From: an uncultured delta proteobacterium
Lineage (GTDB): Bacteria; Desulfobacterota; Binatia; UBA9968
Length of the DNA: 64,000 nt
NCBI GenBank assembly: GCA_963771465.1
Contig: CAVYTU010000012.1
Span: 64,001-128,000 of the forward strand
Reading direction: 5' to 3'
Below are positions 31,002 through 41,455 of this stretch, piece after piece. The notes under the pieces are model-generated. The model worked only from the letters and a program-made list of their open reading frames with translations. It did no database searches and was not told the origin of the DNA. The stretch's first letter is position 1. Each line of letters begins with the position of its first letter. Both the position numbers and the translations under genes were made by a program.

Positions 31002-32042
31002 TTAGATCTTCAGCCGGTAAAAATTAACCGGATTGTCGTGCAGAATCGCTTTCTTGGCTTCGTCGCTGATATCGTCTCGTTCGAGAAACTCCGGGATGTC
31101 GCGCTTGAACATGTCGGGCAGCCGCTCGTGCGGATAGTCGGACGGCCACATCAGACATTTCGGATTGAACTGCTGAAGCACGAAGGGCAAGGCTTTTTCT
31201 TCGACTTCGCAGGTCGTCCAGATTTGGCCGTTGCGAATCAGCTCGCTCGGTTTCTGCTTCAATAGCGGCGCTTGCACGCGGTAAGGCTTTTCCATTTCTT
31301 CGTCCATGCGGTCCATCATGTACGGTAGCCAGCCGCAGCCGGCTTCGAGAAACGCGACTCTGAGTTTGGGGAAGCGCACGAACACGCCTTCAAAAACCAT
31401 GTGGGTGAATTGAATCAAGATCGCAAAGGGATGTTCAAGGGTATGAACGTGGAGAAACTTATTGAAAAAATCGAAGCCCATGCCGCGGCTCGGCGCGCCG
31501 TGAACGGTTAACGGCATGTCGAGTCTTTCCGCCGCTTCGTAGATCGGATCGAAGTCGGTGTGGCCGTAGCCTTTGTGTAGCCACGTCACCGCCGGCAACA
31601 GGCCGGCAACGTGGCCCAGAGATTTCGCGCGCTCCAGTTCTTTCGCCGCTTCGAGCGGTTCGTGCACCGGCAAGATCGCCACGCCTTGAAGACGCGGACT
31701 TTGTTTGATGAAACGATCGGCGAGCCAGGAATTATAGGCGCGCGCGAGCACGCAGGCCCATTCGGGATTTTGTATCAAGCCCAATCCCAGACCGCCGGTT
31801 GGATAGAGCACGGTCATGTGAACGCCGAGCTCGTCTAAAAATTGCAGCCAGCGCGGCGCGGGAGTTTCCGGATCTTTGCCGGGCACGCCGGTGCCGCGGT
31901 TCCAACCGTCGAGTGAGGGAAAATAGCCGTAGGTTTCAAAGTGGGGCGCGCTGGTGTAGCGCCCGCCGAGATAGTCGTGCAGCTCGCGGTCTTTTTCCAA
32001 GACATGGCCGTCGGCGTCGATGATCGGATAATTTACGTTCAT
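31002..32042 (-). CDS. Amidohydrolase_2 family metalloenzyme
   Basis: IDADGH, VH, LEAGCGW, SDYPH. Confidence 0.9.
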   Translation of the reverse strand: MNVNYPIIDADGHVLEKDRELHDYLGGRYTSAPHFETYGYFPSLDGWNRGTGVPGKDPETPAPRWLQFLDELGVHMTVLYPTGGLGLGLIQNPEWACVLARAYNSWLADRFIKQSPRLQGVAILPVHEPLEAAKELERAKSLGHVAGLLPAVTWLHKGYGHTDFDPIYEAAERLDMPLTVHGAPSRGMGFDFFNKFLHVHTLEHPFAILIQFTHMVFEGVFVRFPKLRVAFLEAGCGWLPYMMDRMDEEMEKPYRVQAPLLKQKPSELIRNGQIWTTCEVEEKALPFVLQQFNPKCLMWPSDYPHERLPDMFKRDIPEFLERDDISDEAKKAILHDNPVNFYRLKI

Positions 32043-32120
32043 AACTTTTCTCCGTTCCAATGTTCCAGTCGTTCAAAACGCTTCAATCGTTTCAGAGCCA
32101 AAAGCGTCGCCGCGGCTATA

Positions 32121-32879
32121 TCAGAGAAACGAAATCCCGCCGTCGACGTTCACCGTCTGCCCGGTCATGAAATCGCTCAGTGGCGAGGCGAGAAACAGCA
32201 TGGCGCCGACGACGTCTTGCGGCATTTGAATTCGTTTCAACGATCGCAAACCAACGGACGATTCTCGGAATTTGATCATTTGCTCGGTCGGGTTTTCTTC
32301 CGAGAGCGTGTTGCCCGGCGCCAGGCAATTGACGTTGATGTTATCGCCGCCGACTTCGCGCGCCAAGGTGCGGGTGAAGCCGATGGTGGCGGCTTTCGAA
32401 GTGACATAGTGAATTCTGCCCGGCGCTCCAGCGAAAACGGTGCCCGAGGCGATGTTGATGATTTTACCGGATTGCTGCTTGCGCATGGCCGGTAATACGG
32501 CGCGGCAGCAAAAAAACAGGCCACGCAGATTCACCGCCATCAACTTATCCCATTCGTCCGGATCGATGGTTTCGATCCTGCCGCGGTTCATCGGCACCAC
32601 GGAAAATATCGCGGCGTTGTTGATGAGAACGTCGATGTGGCCGAAACGGTCGAGGGCTTGCGCGGCCATTCTCTTAGTCGCTTCTTCGTTCGACACGTCG
32701 ACGTCAAGCGCCAGCGCTGGCGTGCCAATATCTTTGGCTACCGCTTCGGCACCCAGTTTGTCGATGTCGGCGATAACGACACGCGCGCCGGCGTTGGCGA
32801 AACCGTTGCAGTAGGCTTTGCCGATACCGTGGGCGCCGCCGGTGACGATGACGACTTTGTCTTTCAGTCCGTCGATCAT
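32121..32879 (-). CDS. Short-chain dehydrogenase/reductase (paralogue of 30231-30989)
   Basis: TGGAHGIG, NNAA, YVTSK. Confidence 0.93.
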   Translation of the reverse strand: MIDGLKDKVVIVTGGAHGIGKAYCNGFANAGARVVIADIDKLGAEAVAKDIGTPALALDVDVSNEEATKRMAAQALDRFGHIDVLINNAAIFSVVPMNRGRIETIDPDEWDKLMAVNLRGLFFCCRAVLPAMRKQQSGKIINIASGTVFAGAPGRIHYVTSKAATIGFTRTLAREVGGDNINVNCLAPGNTLSEENPTEQMIKFRESSVGLRSLKRIQMPQDVVGAMLFLASPLSDFMTGQTVNVDGGISFL

Positions 32880-32947
32880 TGCCAAAGGCCTCGATTCAAA
32901 TCACGACCTGTCTGAATGTTTGTGTAAAACAGTATGGTTCGAGTATT

Positions 32948-33036
32948 CGTCATTCCCGCGCACGCGGGAATCCAGACTCCCCACCCGCCTGGATTCCGGG
33001 TCGAGCTAGCTCTTGCCAGCCTCGCCCGGAATGACG
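32948..33036. repeat. Palindromic intergenic element with ATTCCC-N8-GGGAAT core
   Basis: CGTCATTCCC-GCGCACGC-GGGAATCCAG...CTGGATTCCGGG...CCCGGAATGACG nested inverted repeats. Confidence 0.75.
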
Positions 33037-33064
33037 GACGAAGGATTCATCAACTCTCGTAAAA

Positions 33065-34159
33065 TCATCCGATCGCCGGGTTGATCAAAGCCTTGGTTGG
33101 GAAAGTGCCGGGCACTTCGCCGCCGATGGAGCGGATGCAGTGCTCGATGTCTTTCAACGGAAAAACATGGCTGACCATTTGTTCGACGGGGAACTTGGTC
33201 TCTTCGATAATGCGCAGCGCCGCTTCCGTGGCGTCGTTGTCGGCGGTGAAGCAGCCTTGGAGCTTAATCTCATTCCAAACGAGTTTATCCATGAGCATCG
33301 GTGTCACCGTAGTGTCGCCGGTCAAACCGCCGAGCACCATGGTCGATTGACGGTGCAGGCAGTCGACCGATTTCAAGATCGCATTCGGATTGCCCGAGAC
33401 ATCGACGACCACGTCGCACATTTCGCCGTTGGTTTCTTTGCGGATCACTTCGACGACGTCTTCTTCTTCGACGTTGATGGTGCGCGTGGCGCCGAATTTT
33501 TTTGCCAATTCCAATCTCGGCTTGTCCCGGCCGATGCCGGTGATAAAAATTTTCGCTGCGCCGGCATGCTTCGACGCAAACGTGCATGAGAGTCCCTGCT
33601 GGCCGGGACCTTGGATCAAAACGTAGTCGCCCATCTTGACGCCGCCGCGGCGGATCGCCCACTGAAATCCGTTCGCCATCACCGAGCCGATCAACGCCGC
33701 CGCTTCAGCGGAAAGCGATTCGCTTACTTTGGTGCAAAGCACATCGGGCGCCAAATAGAGATAGTCGGCGAAACCGCCGAATAGATGGGGCGGCTGATCG
33801 CATTTCGTCCGTCCACCGTAATTGGTGCGCTGGCGGCAAAAGCGCTGGTTGTTGCGCCGGCAGTCGGCGCAGCGGCCGCAGCCGAGCGCGCCTTTGAGAA
33901 TGACGCGGTCGCCTTCTTTGACATGATGAATCGCCGCGGCATTTTTGCCGAGCTTTTCGACGCGGCCAAGAATTTCATGGCCGAGGATGATCGGATAGTC
34001 GACTTTGAGCTTGCCGTGCAAATATTTCACGTCGGTGCCGCAGACGCCGCCCATTTCGATCTTGATCAAGCCGCCGTCGGCGGGAATATCGGGAATCGGA
34101 TACTCGCGGAGTTCGAGTTTATCCGGTCCGAGCAGTGTCGCTCCTCTTGCGCTTGCCAT
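33065..34159 (-). CDS. Zinc-dependent alcohol dehydrogenase (MDR family)
   Basis: CGTD, GHE, CGRCADC..C structural Zn site, GPGQQG. Confidence 0.92.
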   Translation of the reverse strand: MASARGATLLGPDKLELREYPIPDIPADGGLIKIEMGGVCGTDVKYLHGKLKVDYPIILGHEILGRVEKLGKNAAAIHHVKEGDRVILKGALGCGRCADCRRNNQRFCRQRTNYGGRTKCDQPPHLFGGFADYLYLAPDVLCTKVSESLSAEAAALIGSVMANGFQWAIRRGGVKMGDYVLIQGPGQQGLSCTFASKHAGAAKIFITGIGRDKPRLELAKKFGATRTINVEEEDVVEVIRKETNGEMCDVVVDVSGNPNAILKSVDCLHRQSTMVLGGLTGDTTVTPMLMDKLVWNEIKLQGCFTADNDATEAALRIIEETKFPVEQMVSHVFPLKDIEHCIRSIGGEVPGTFPTKALINPAIG

Positions 34160-34200
34160 GATTCGTTCTCCTTATGATCGTTCAGTGATTTATGATTGAG

Positions 34201-34290
34201 CTCCTTCGCCGCGCTCCGAATGACGCAACCTCTGATCGAGATCCTTCACTCCGTTCAGGATGAAGGAACCTCACATCAAAGGTTCCTTCA
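34201..34290. repeat. Two tandem REP-like units followed by an 11-bp hairpin
   Basis: CTCCTTCGCCGCGCTCCGAATGAC and ATCCTTCACTCCGTTCAGGATGAA; TGAAGGAACCT-N8-AGGTTCCTTCA overlapping the SBP stop codon. Confidence 0.55.
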
Positions 34291-35271
34291 CTTCACTCGA
34301 TATTCCTGTGATACTTTGTCGATGAAACCCGTGCTCTCAAGTTCCTTGACCAACGATAGGTCGGTGTAGCGTTCCGGGTTCTCCTTTAAGACTTTGGGAT
34401 CTTTCTTGCCGACTTCTTGGATCGGCAGCTCGAAATATTCCCGCGACGGATAGGGCTTCAGTGGAAAATCGTATTCGCGGAAGTTCTCTTCGAGTATTTC
34501 GCGGTCTTGCACTTTCATGTACTTCGACAAAACCTTCATGGCGAATTCTTTGTTGGACTTATAAAGGGCGACGCCTTCGATCATCGCCTTGGTGAAGTTG
34601 ACTAGTTCCGCCCGAGTCTTCGTCAAGTAGGGCCGGCGCGACACGAAAAACAGGCTGGAGTAGGGAATATTAAGCTTGGATGCGTCGAGCAGGAGCGTCA
34701 TGCCGAGTTTGCGCGCTTGCAGCGTCATCGGCGGCGTCAGCATAGCGGCATCGGCATTGTTCGTCTCGACCGCGGCGATGCGGTTCGATTGATTGCCGAA
34801 TTGAAGCAAGGCGACATCGGTGTCGGGCCGGAGTCCCTCGCGCTGGAGCAGGAAGCGGGCGGCGAAGTCGGCGTTGCTGCCGAAGCGGCTGATGGCGATT
34901 CGCTTTACTTCCTTGATGCTCTTGATGCCCTTCTTTCCATACACCCGATTGTCCATGGTATTGCCCAAGCGGCCGAACATGACCAACTCCAACCCGGGGT
35001 TGGTAATCACCACTTGGGGCGAGAACATGCCGACTTGAGCGTCGCCCGATGTCAAAGCCGCGGCGGCTAAGGAAGCGCCTTGAATAAAAATCAGCTCCAC
35101 ATTGTTGCCGTACTTCTCGAAGAGCTTGGCTTCCTTGGTCACCCAAAGCGGCGCGAATTGGCCAACCTCGCTGGTCCAAACGACATTGATGTTGGCGGCG
35201 AACGCGGCGGGCGCTTGCGTCAATACGATAGTGAACGTTATCAGGCGCAATGCGTGACATATCATTCTCAT
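34288..35271 (-). CDS. NMT1/SsuA-type ABC substrate-binding protein
   Basis: Signal peptide (AFA); PLWVTKEAKLFEKYG, ISRFGSNAD, D.SLVKELESTGFI. Confidence 0.88.
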   Translation of the reverse strand: MRMICHALRLITFTIVLTQAPAAFAANINVVWTSEVGQFAPLWVTKEAKLFEKYGNNVELIFIQGASLAAAALTSGDAQVGMFSPQVVITNPGLELVMFGRLGNTMDNRVYGKKGIKSIKEVKRIAISRFGSNADFAARFLLQREGLRPDTDVALLQFGNQSNRIAAVETNNADAAMLTPPMTLQARKLGMTLLLDASKLNIPYSSLFFVSRRPYLTKTRAELVNFTKAMIEGVALYKSNKEFAMKVLSKYMKVQDREILEENFREYDFPLKPYPSREYFELPIQEVGKKDPKVLKENPERYTDLSLVKELESTGFIDKVSQEYRVK

Positions 35272-35379
35272 GCAATTCTCCTTGTATCTCTCACCGTGAA
35301 GGCGAACCGAGCTTGAACTTGTTTCTCGCTTACCCCTATACTTCCGAACCGACCCTGGATCAAGTTAACGGAGGAGCAC

Positions 35380-36360
35380 ATGATTCGATTCGCAAGCGCG
35401 CTGCTATTAGCTTTATTGACCATTAGCCCGGCATCGGCGCAAACACCGGTGCGGGTCATGACGGGTTATGCCGCTACTTCCGGTCCTCATGCCGTACTCT
35501 GGATAGCGCGTGAGGCGGGACTGTTCGACAAGAACGGCATCAAAGCCGAAGTCGCTTACATTCGCAGCGGGTCGACTATGGCACAGACTTTGGTCTCCGG
35601 AGAGATCCAGATGTCGCAGATGGGCGGGCCGGCGATGCTCGCCGCCGGCGTGGCAGGGATGGATGTGACATTCGTCGCCGTCGCGCTCAATACGACGCCG
35701 ATCGTGATCATGGGCACGGTGTCGCGCATGGAAGATCTCAAAGGCAAAGGAATTGGCGTGACGCGCTACGGTTCCAACACGGATATTTCCGCTCGCTTCG
35801 CGATTCGCAAGGCAGGACTGCAACCTGAGAAAGACGTCGCGCTAATCCAGCTCGAAGACTATGCTGGTATTATGGGTGGTATCGCGTCCGGCCGTATCGC
35901 CGCCGGCGCGCTGGCTGACCCATTCACCGATGCGGCAAAGAAGCTGGGCTATAAAGAAATCGCCGATCTCGCTGCGATGGGACTGGAATTTCCCTTCGTC
36001 GGCATCGCCGTGAAGAAATCGTACATTAAGGACAACATGGACACGGTGCAGCGCTTCGTGCGCGCCTACACCGAGGCGATCGCAATTTACAAGAATAACC
36101 GCGAGCTAGCGATGAAGGTCACCAGCAAATACACCGGCATCAAAGATCCGGCGATTCTCGCCTCGACGGTGGATTTCTACATGCCGAAGTTGCAGCGCGT
36201 GCCTTATCCGACGGTGGGCGGTATACGCTTCGTTCTCGATCAAGTCGCCATCCGCGAACCGAAAGCGAAAAACTTCGCGCCGGAAACGTTCATGGATACG
36301 CGCTTTGTCAAACAGTTGGAGGACAGCGGGTTTATCAAGTCGCTTTACCCCAAAGGATGA
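35380..36360 (+). CDS. NMT1/SsuA-type ABC substrate-binding protein
   Basis: Signal peptide (ASA); LWIAREAGLFDKNG, GVTRYGSNTD, DTRFVKQLEDSGFI; GGAGG RBS. Confidence 0.88.
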   Translation: MIRFASALLLALLTISPASAQTPVRVMTGYAATSGPHAVLWIAREAGLFDKNGIKAEVAYIRSGSTMAQTLVSGEIQMSQMGGPAMLAAGVAGMDVTFVAVALNTTPIVIMGTVSRMEDLKGKGIGVTRYGSNTDISARFAIRKAGLQPEKDVALIQLEDYAGIMGGIASGRIAAGALADPFTDAAKKLGYKEIADLAAMGLEFPFVGIAVKKSYIKDNMDTVQRFVRAYTEAIAIYKNNRELAMKVTSKYTGIKDPAILASTVDFYMPKLQRVPYPTVGGIRFVLDQVAIREPKAKNFAPETFMDTRFVKQLEDSGFIKSLYPKG

Positions 36361-36402
36361 TGTCGTCGGGGTGGGAATATATTCCAAATTCCAACTCGGA
36401 AT

Positions 36403-36900
36403 CTAGCCTTTAACCAACGCCAAGCCGAGCAGCACTACGATCGGGCCGAGAGCGGCGTTGATTTTCAATAGCAAGAACCAACGGCGCCAGTGCGTTAGCA
36501 GCAGCGCGGGCCATTCGGTTGTAGTCGGCTTGATCCCGGCAGTGAGCTGGGCGATGCGCGGTGCGTATTTGAAAACTTGCAGGCCGTGATGTAGCGCCAT
36601 GGCGCCGAACAAAAACAGTTTGGCGCCGAGCAGGATGATGTAGGATTCGCCCAGCGGCGCTGCGGCCGTTTGGGTGCTTAGCACCAGATTGACTATTCCG
36701 GTTATCAACAAGAGCGCGATGGCGGTCCAGGAGATCCGCTCCAAACCGATTCTCCCTTGATTCATCGTTTTGATCGCGATGTACGGCTCGAGTTCATACA
36801 CCGCGGGTCCCGAGACGACGAGAAAAAACACGATGCCGCCGAGCCAAAGCGCGATGGCGATTAGGTGCAGCATCAAGCTGAGTGAATACCAAGTGGACAT
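36403..36900 (-). CDS. CopD/DUF4149-like membrane protein
   Basis: HLIAIALWLGGIVFF, LLITG, AKL..HH; four TM helices; divergent from coxB. Confidence 0.7.
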   Translation of the reverse strand: MSTWYSLSLMLHLIAIALWLGGIVFFLVVSGPAVYELEPYIAIKTMNQGRIGLERISWTAIALLLITGIVNLVLSTQTAAAPLGESYIILLGAKLFLFGAMALHHGLQVFKYAPRIAQLTAGIKPTTTEWPALLLTHWRRWFLLLKINAALGPIVVLLGLALVKG

Positions 36901-36990
36901 GAATCGATACGCGCTAAAATTTTTCTTGTCGGCATCGATCTTCGCATAAATCTGCGCCAATTCAACGCAAATCTCGCTTGAAAAGGATTA

Positions 36991-37006
36991 TGGCGCTGTG
37001 TTAGCA
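36991..37006 (+). promoter_or_regulatory. Possible sigma-54 promoter of the oxidase operon
   Basis: TGGCGCTGTGTTAGCA, GG-N10-GC spacing; a TTGAAA -35-like hexamer just upstream makes a sigma-70 reading possible too. Confidence 0.35.
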
Positions 37007-37065
37007 AATAGCGAGTTTCCAACGCCAATCGCAATAATTCACTTTTAAGAAGGATGGTTGACTAG

Positions 37066-37731
37066 ATGCTTCGTTGGTTGCCTGAAGACGTGTCTACTTA
37101 TGGGCACGAGATCGATTCGTTATTCTACCTTATTTATTACATCACCGCGGTGGCGTTTATTCTGGTTACCGTATTGATGATCGTTTTCTTGATCAAGTAT
37201 CGTGAACAGCCTGGACGGCGCGCGGTTTATAGCCATGGCAATACCACACTGGAAATCATTTGGACGGTAGTTCCCGCGGCGATCTTGATCGTGCTGTCGT
37301 TCATGAGCGTGAACACTTGGGCCAAGATCAAGCGCAATCCACCGGCGACCGATTTTGAAATCAAAGTTACCGCCAAGCAGTTTAACTGGGACGTGATCTA
37401 TCCCGGACCGGACGGCAAGTTGGGCAGCGACGACGATATTAAGTTCGACAACGACATGCATGTGCCGGTGAACAAAGTCGTGCGGATTCATCTTGGATCG
37501 AGCGATGTCATTCATAGTTTCTTCATTCCCAACCTGCGCTTTAAACAGGACGCCGTGCCCGGCCGAACGATCTTGGCGTGGTTCGAAGCGACCAAGCCCG
37601 GCAAGTACGAGCTGCCCTGCGCCGAGCTCTGCGGTTTCGGTCATTCCGGTATGAAGGGTTGGCTGCATGTTCATTCGGTCGAAGACTACAAGAAGTGGGC
37701 GGATGAACATCTGGCGCCCAAACCACAGTGA
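37066..37731 (+). CDS. coxB: Cytochrome c oxidase subunit II (CuA, no fused cytochrome c)
   Basis: LEIIWTVVP, DVIHSF, CAELCGFGHSGM; no CxxCH. Confidence 0.97.
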   Translation: MLRWLPEDVSTYGHEIDSLFYLIYYITAVAFILVTVLMIVFLIKYREQPGRRAVYSHGNTTLEIIWTVVPAAILIVLSFMSVNTWAKIKRNPPATDFEIKVTAKQFNWDVIYPGPDGKLGSDDDIKFDNDMHVPVNKVVRIHLGSSDVIHSFFIPNLRFKQDAVPGRTILAWFEATKPGKYELPCAELCGFGHSGMKGWLHVHSVEDYKKWADEHLAPKPQ

Positions 37732-37782
37732 TTTTCATTTCACAGCGATTTCGTTCCAGCGCGATTACGGAGGATTCTTAGG

Positions 37783-39549
37783 ATGAGCGACACAGCAGCG
37801 GCGCACCCGGCGCATGGCCACCACGCCAAGCCCAGTTTTATTAGCCATTACATCTTCTCACTCGATCACAAGATGATCGCCCGGCAATTCCTTTTCGTGG
37901 GTCTGCTGATGCTCATGATCGGCGGCATTCTCGCCATGTTGGTGCGCTGGCAGCTGGCGTGGCCGGAAAGCCCGGTGCCGGGGCTCGGCTTCGTCTCCGA
38001 GCCCTATATTTACCCCGGTCCCAACGGCGGCGGAATCATTCCGCCGCAAACCTATAACGCGCTTTTCACCATGCACGCGACGATCATGATTTTTTTCGTG
38101 GTCATGCCGATTATGGTGGGGACCTTTGGCAATTTTCTTATTCCGCTAATGATCGGCGCCGGCGACATGGCGTTTCCCAAACTCAACATGTTGTCGTTTT
38201 GGGTGGGTGCGTTATCGGGTGTCGTGATGCTGGCGAGTTTCTTCGTACCCGGCGGACCGGCGGCCGGCGGTTGGACCGGTTACGCGACGCTTTCTGCAAA
38301 GGCACAGTATACCGGCGTTGAGTGGGGCCAACATCTGTGGATCATTGCCTTGATGCTCAACGGTGTTTCATCCTTGATGGGCGCCATCAACTACATTACG
38401 ACGGTAGTCAACATGCGGGCGCCGGGCATGAGCTATTTCCGCATGCCGTTAACGGTCTGGTCACTCTTCGTCACCGCGATTTTATTGTTGCTGGCGCTGC
38501 CGGTGTTGACCGCGGCCTTGGCCATGCTGCTATTCGACCGTATGGCGGGCACGAGCTTTTTCCTACCCGAAGGTGGCGGTGAGCCGCTGCTCTGGCAGCA
38601 TATGTTCTGGTTCTTCGGCCATCCGGAGGTGTACATTCTGGTGCTCCCGGCCATGGGCATTACCTCCGACTTATTATCGACGTTCTCGCGCAAGCCGATC
38701 TTCGGCTATCACGCCATGGCTTTCTCGATGATCGCTATCGCATTCTTATCGTGGATCGTCTGGGGCCATCATATGTTCATCAGCGGTATGAATCCTTTGC
38801 TCGGCACCGCTTTTATGATGACGACGATGGTCATTGCGGTTCCCTCCGCCATCAAAGTGTTTAACTGGCTCGGTACCCTTTGGGGCGGCTCAATCCGCCT
38901 GACGGTGCCGATGCTGTTCGCTTTAGGATTCGTCTCGAACTTCTTGATCGGCGGTCTGAGCGGCATTTTCATGGCGTCGACGCCGGTCGATATTTTCATC
39001 CACGATACCTACTTCATTGTCGCCCACTTTCACTACGTCGTCGCCGGCATCATCTTCGCTCTGTTTGCCGCGGTTTATTATTGGTTCCCCAAGATGTTTT
39101 ACCGGAACATGAACCAGACGTTGGGCAAGATTCACTTCGTGCTCACCTATATTTTCTTCAACGGCGCGTTTTTCCCAATGCACTTTCTTGGCGTGGGCGG
39201 CCATATGCGGCGCATTTACAACCCGCTGCAGTATGAATTCATAACGCCGATGCATGATTGGAACGTATTCATCACTTGGAGTGCGCTGATTCTTGGCGCG
39301 TCGCAGATTTTTTTCCTGGGAAATTTTTTCTACAGTCTGTTCGCCGGCAAAAAGGCCGAGCGCAATCCCTGGCAAGCCAACACTCTTGAGTGGTCGGCGC
39401 CGACGCCGACACCGCATGGCAACTTCGAAGTGACGCCGACGGTCTATCGCGGTGCCTATGAATATAGTTCCCCAGAAGTGAAGGAAGACTGGTTGCCCCA
39501 GGACAAGAACCTCGGTCCCATCGCTAGCACCGCCGTACGAGGCCACTAG
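37783..39549 (+). CDS. coxA: Cytochrome c oxidase subunit I, type A1
   Basis: DMAFP, WFFGHPEVY, VWGHH, AIKVF, VAHFHY. Confidence 0.98.
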   Translation: MSDTAAAHPAHGHHAKPSFISHYIFSLDHKMIARQFLFVGLLMLMIGGILAMLVRWQLAWPESPVPGLGFVSEPYIYPGPNGGGIIPPQTYNALFTMHATIMIFFVVMPIMVGTFGNFLIPLMIGAGDMAFPKLNMLSFWVGALSGVVMLASFFVPGGPAAGGWTGYATLSAKAQYTGVEWGQHLWIIALMLNGVSSLMGAINYITTVVNMRAPGMSYFRMPLTVWSLFVTAILLLLALPVLTAALAMLLFDRMAGTSFFLPEGGGEPLLWQHMFWFFGHPEVYILVLPAMGITSDLLSTFSRKPIFGYHAMAFSMIAIAFLSWIVWGHHMFISGMNPLLGTAFMMTTMVIAVPSAIKVFNWLGTLWGGSIRLTVPMLFALGFVSNFLIGGLSGIFMASTPVDIFIHDTYFIVAHFHYVVAGIIFALFAAVYYWFPKMFYRNMNQTLGKIHFVLTYIFFNGAFFPMHFLGVGGHMRRIYNPLQYEFITPMHDWNVFITWSALILGASQIFFLGNFFYSLFAGKKAERNPWQANTLEWSAPTPTPHGNFEVTPTVYRGAYEYSSPEVKEDWLPQDKNLGPIASTAVRGH

Positions 39550-39586
39550 CAGCAGAATCTGGAGATCGGAAGTCATAGTCAGAGGT

Positions 39587-40553
39587 ATGAAGCTGGAATC
39601 CGTAAACAGGAAGTCATCCTTCGTCCCTGGTGCTTCGACTTTTTCTCCCTGGCCGCATCGGCTGGCAGTCATTCTCGCATGCGCGACTTTCCCTTTGCTA
39701 TTCATCGGTGGTCTGGTGACGAGTTTGGGTGCTGGGCTTGCCGTGCCGGACTGGCCGACTACGTTCGGCTACAACATGTTTCTTTACCCTTGGTCGAAAA
39801 TGATCGGCGGAATTTTTTACGAGCATAGCCATCGTCTAGTGGCTTCGTCCGTTGGGCTTTTGACGATCGCGTTAGCTCTGACTTTTTGGTTTCGCGAACA
39901 GCGCCAATGGCTACGATGGCTCGGTGCTGCCGCCTTATGTCTTAGTCATCGTGCAAGGCGTCCTCGGCGGCCTGCGGGTGGTTTTGCTGCAGCATACGCT
40001 GGCGATCATACACGCTTGTTTAGCTCAAGCTTTTTTCGCGTTGACGGTGAGCTTGGCGCTGTTTACGTCTGCCGAGTGGCGCGAACCGGTTCATGCAACG
40101 ATCGCCGACGGCGGACGTCTGCGCCGGATCGCGACGATCACCACGGCACTGATCTATTTGCAGATCGTCTTTGGCGCGCTGTTGCGCCACACCGGCGAAC
40201 GGCTCGATGCGCACTTGCTCTTCGCCGCCTTGGTCGTCATTCATGTCGTGTTACTGATGTTGCGAATTACCCGCGCGCACGGTGATCGCGCTCAGTTGGC
40301 ACAACCGGGCTATTTTTTGGCAACGCTGCTACTGCTCCAACTCGCCATCGGAGCGCTCTCCTATGTTGGCAAGTTCACGACGATGCTACGCTGGCCGATT
40401 GAAGCGATCGTCTTGCTGACGACGACGCATTTGATCGTCGGCGCGCTGATGCTCGCGACAAGTTTGTGGATCGCCTTAAAAGCCTATCGCTTCTCCGCTT
40501 CGGCGCGGTCGGGAGCGCAGGCAAAAGTGCTGACGGAGCAGTATTCGATATGA
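39587..40553 (+). CDS. ctaA: Heme A synthase (COX15/CtaA), split by +1 indel near 39938
   Basis: GLAVPDWP, EHSHR, then QGVLGGLRV, IIHACLAQ, QIVFGALLRH, TTHL in the second frame. Confidence 0.85.
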
Positions 40554-41455
40554 GTTCCAACGTCGACACCTCATTCGTCAGCGGCGCAGCTCTAGTACGC
40601 CGTGCGGCGGATTATTTCGAGCTCGCCAAGCCGCGCGTTGTATTGATGGTGTTGATCACCGCATTCGTCGGGTTTTATTTGGGCTCGGCGGATGTGCCAA
40701 ACTATCTTCGCTTACTGCAGATGATTTTCGGCACCGCGCTCACCGCCGCCGGCACCTTGGCGCTTAACCAATATCTCGAACGGGACATAGATGCGCTGAT
40801 GGAGCGCACCCGTCGCCGGCCGCTGCCGGACGGGCGCGTGCAGCCACGCGAAGCCCTGTGGTTCGGTATCGCGATTGTGCTCGCCGGACTCATCTATCTC
40901 GCGCTGGCGGTCAATGTTCTCAGCTCGTTGGTGACGGCGTTCATAACGCTCAGCTATTTGGTTCTCTATACGCCGATGAAACCGCGCAGCTCGCTCTGCA
41001 TGCTGGTCGGCGCGGTACCAGGCGCTTTGCCGCCGGTGATCGGCTGGGTGGCAGCGCGCGGCAGCTTGGATATCACGGCTTGGGTGCTGTTCGCGATTAT
41101 GTTCCTGTGGCAAGTGCCGCACACACTGGCGATCGCGCGGCTTTATTGTGCCGACTATGCCAAGGCGGGGATTCAGTTTTTGCCTGTCATCGAGCCGGAC
41201 GGTGAGAGCACCAATCGCCAGATCGTCAGCCATTCAGCTGCGCTGCTCGCGGTCAGTTTGTTGCCGACGCTGCTCGGTGCGGCGGGCACAATCTACTTTG
41301 TCGCCGCGTTCATCCTCGGCGTTGGCTTTTTGGTTTTCGGCATTCGCTTAGTTTTAGAGTCGACGCTCAAGCGAGCGCGCCAGCTTTTGTACGCGTCGCT
41401 GATTTACTTGCCGGTGCTGCTGCTTATCATGGCGCTGGATCGGAAGGCGTTATGA
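40550..41455 (+). CDS. cyoE: Heme O synthase (protoheme IX farnesyltransferase)
   Basis: LAKPR, NQYLERDIDALMERTRRRPLP, GAVPGALPPVIGW, WQVPH; ATGA overlap with ctaA. Confidence 0.95.
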   Translation: MSSNVDTSFVSGAALVRRAADYFELAKPRVVLMVLITAFVGFYLGSADVPNYLRLLQMIFGTALTAAGTLALNQYLERDIDALMERTRRRPLPDGRVQPREALWFGIAIVLAGLIYLALAVNVLSSLVTAFITLSYLVLYTPMKPRSSLCMLVGAVPGALPPVIGWVAARGSLDITAWVLFAIMFLWQVPHTLAIARLYCADYAKAGIQFLPVIEPDGESTNRQIVSHSAALLAVSLLPTLLGAAGTIYFVAAFILGVGFLVFGIRLVLESTLKRARQLLYASLIYLPVLLLIMALDRKAL

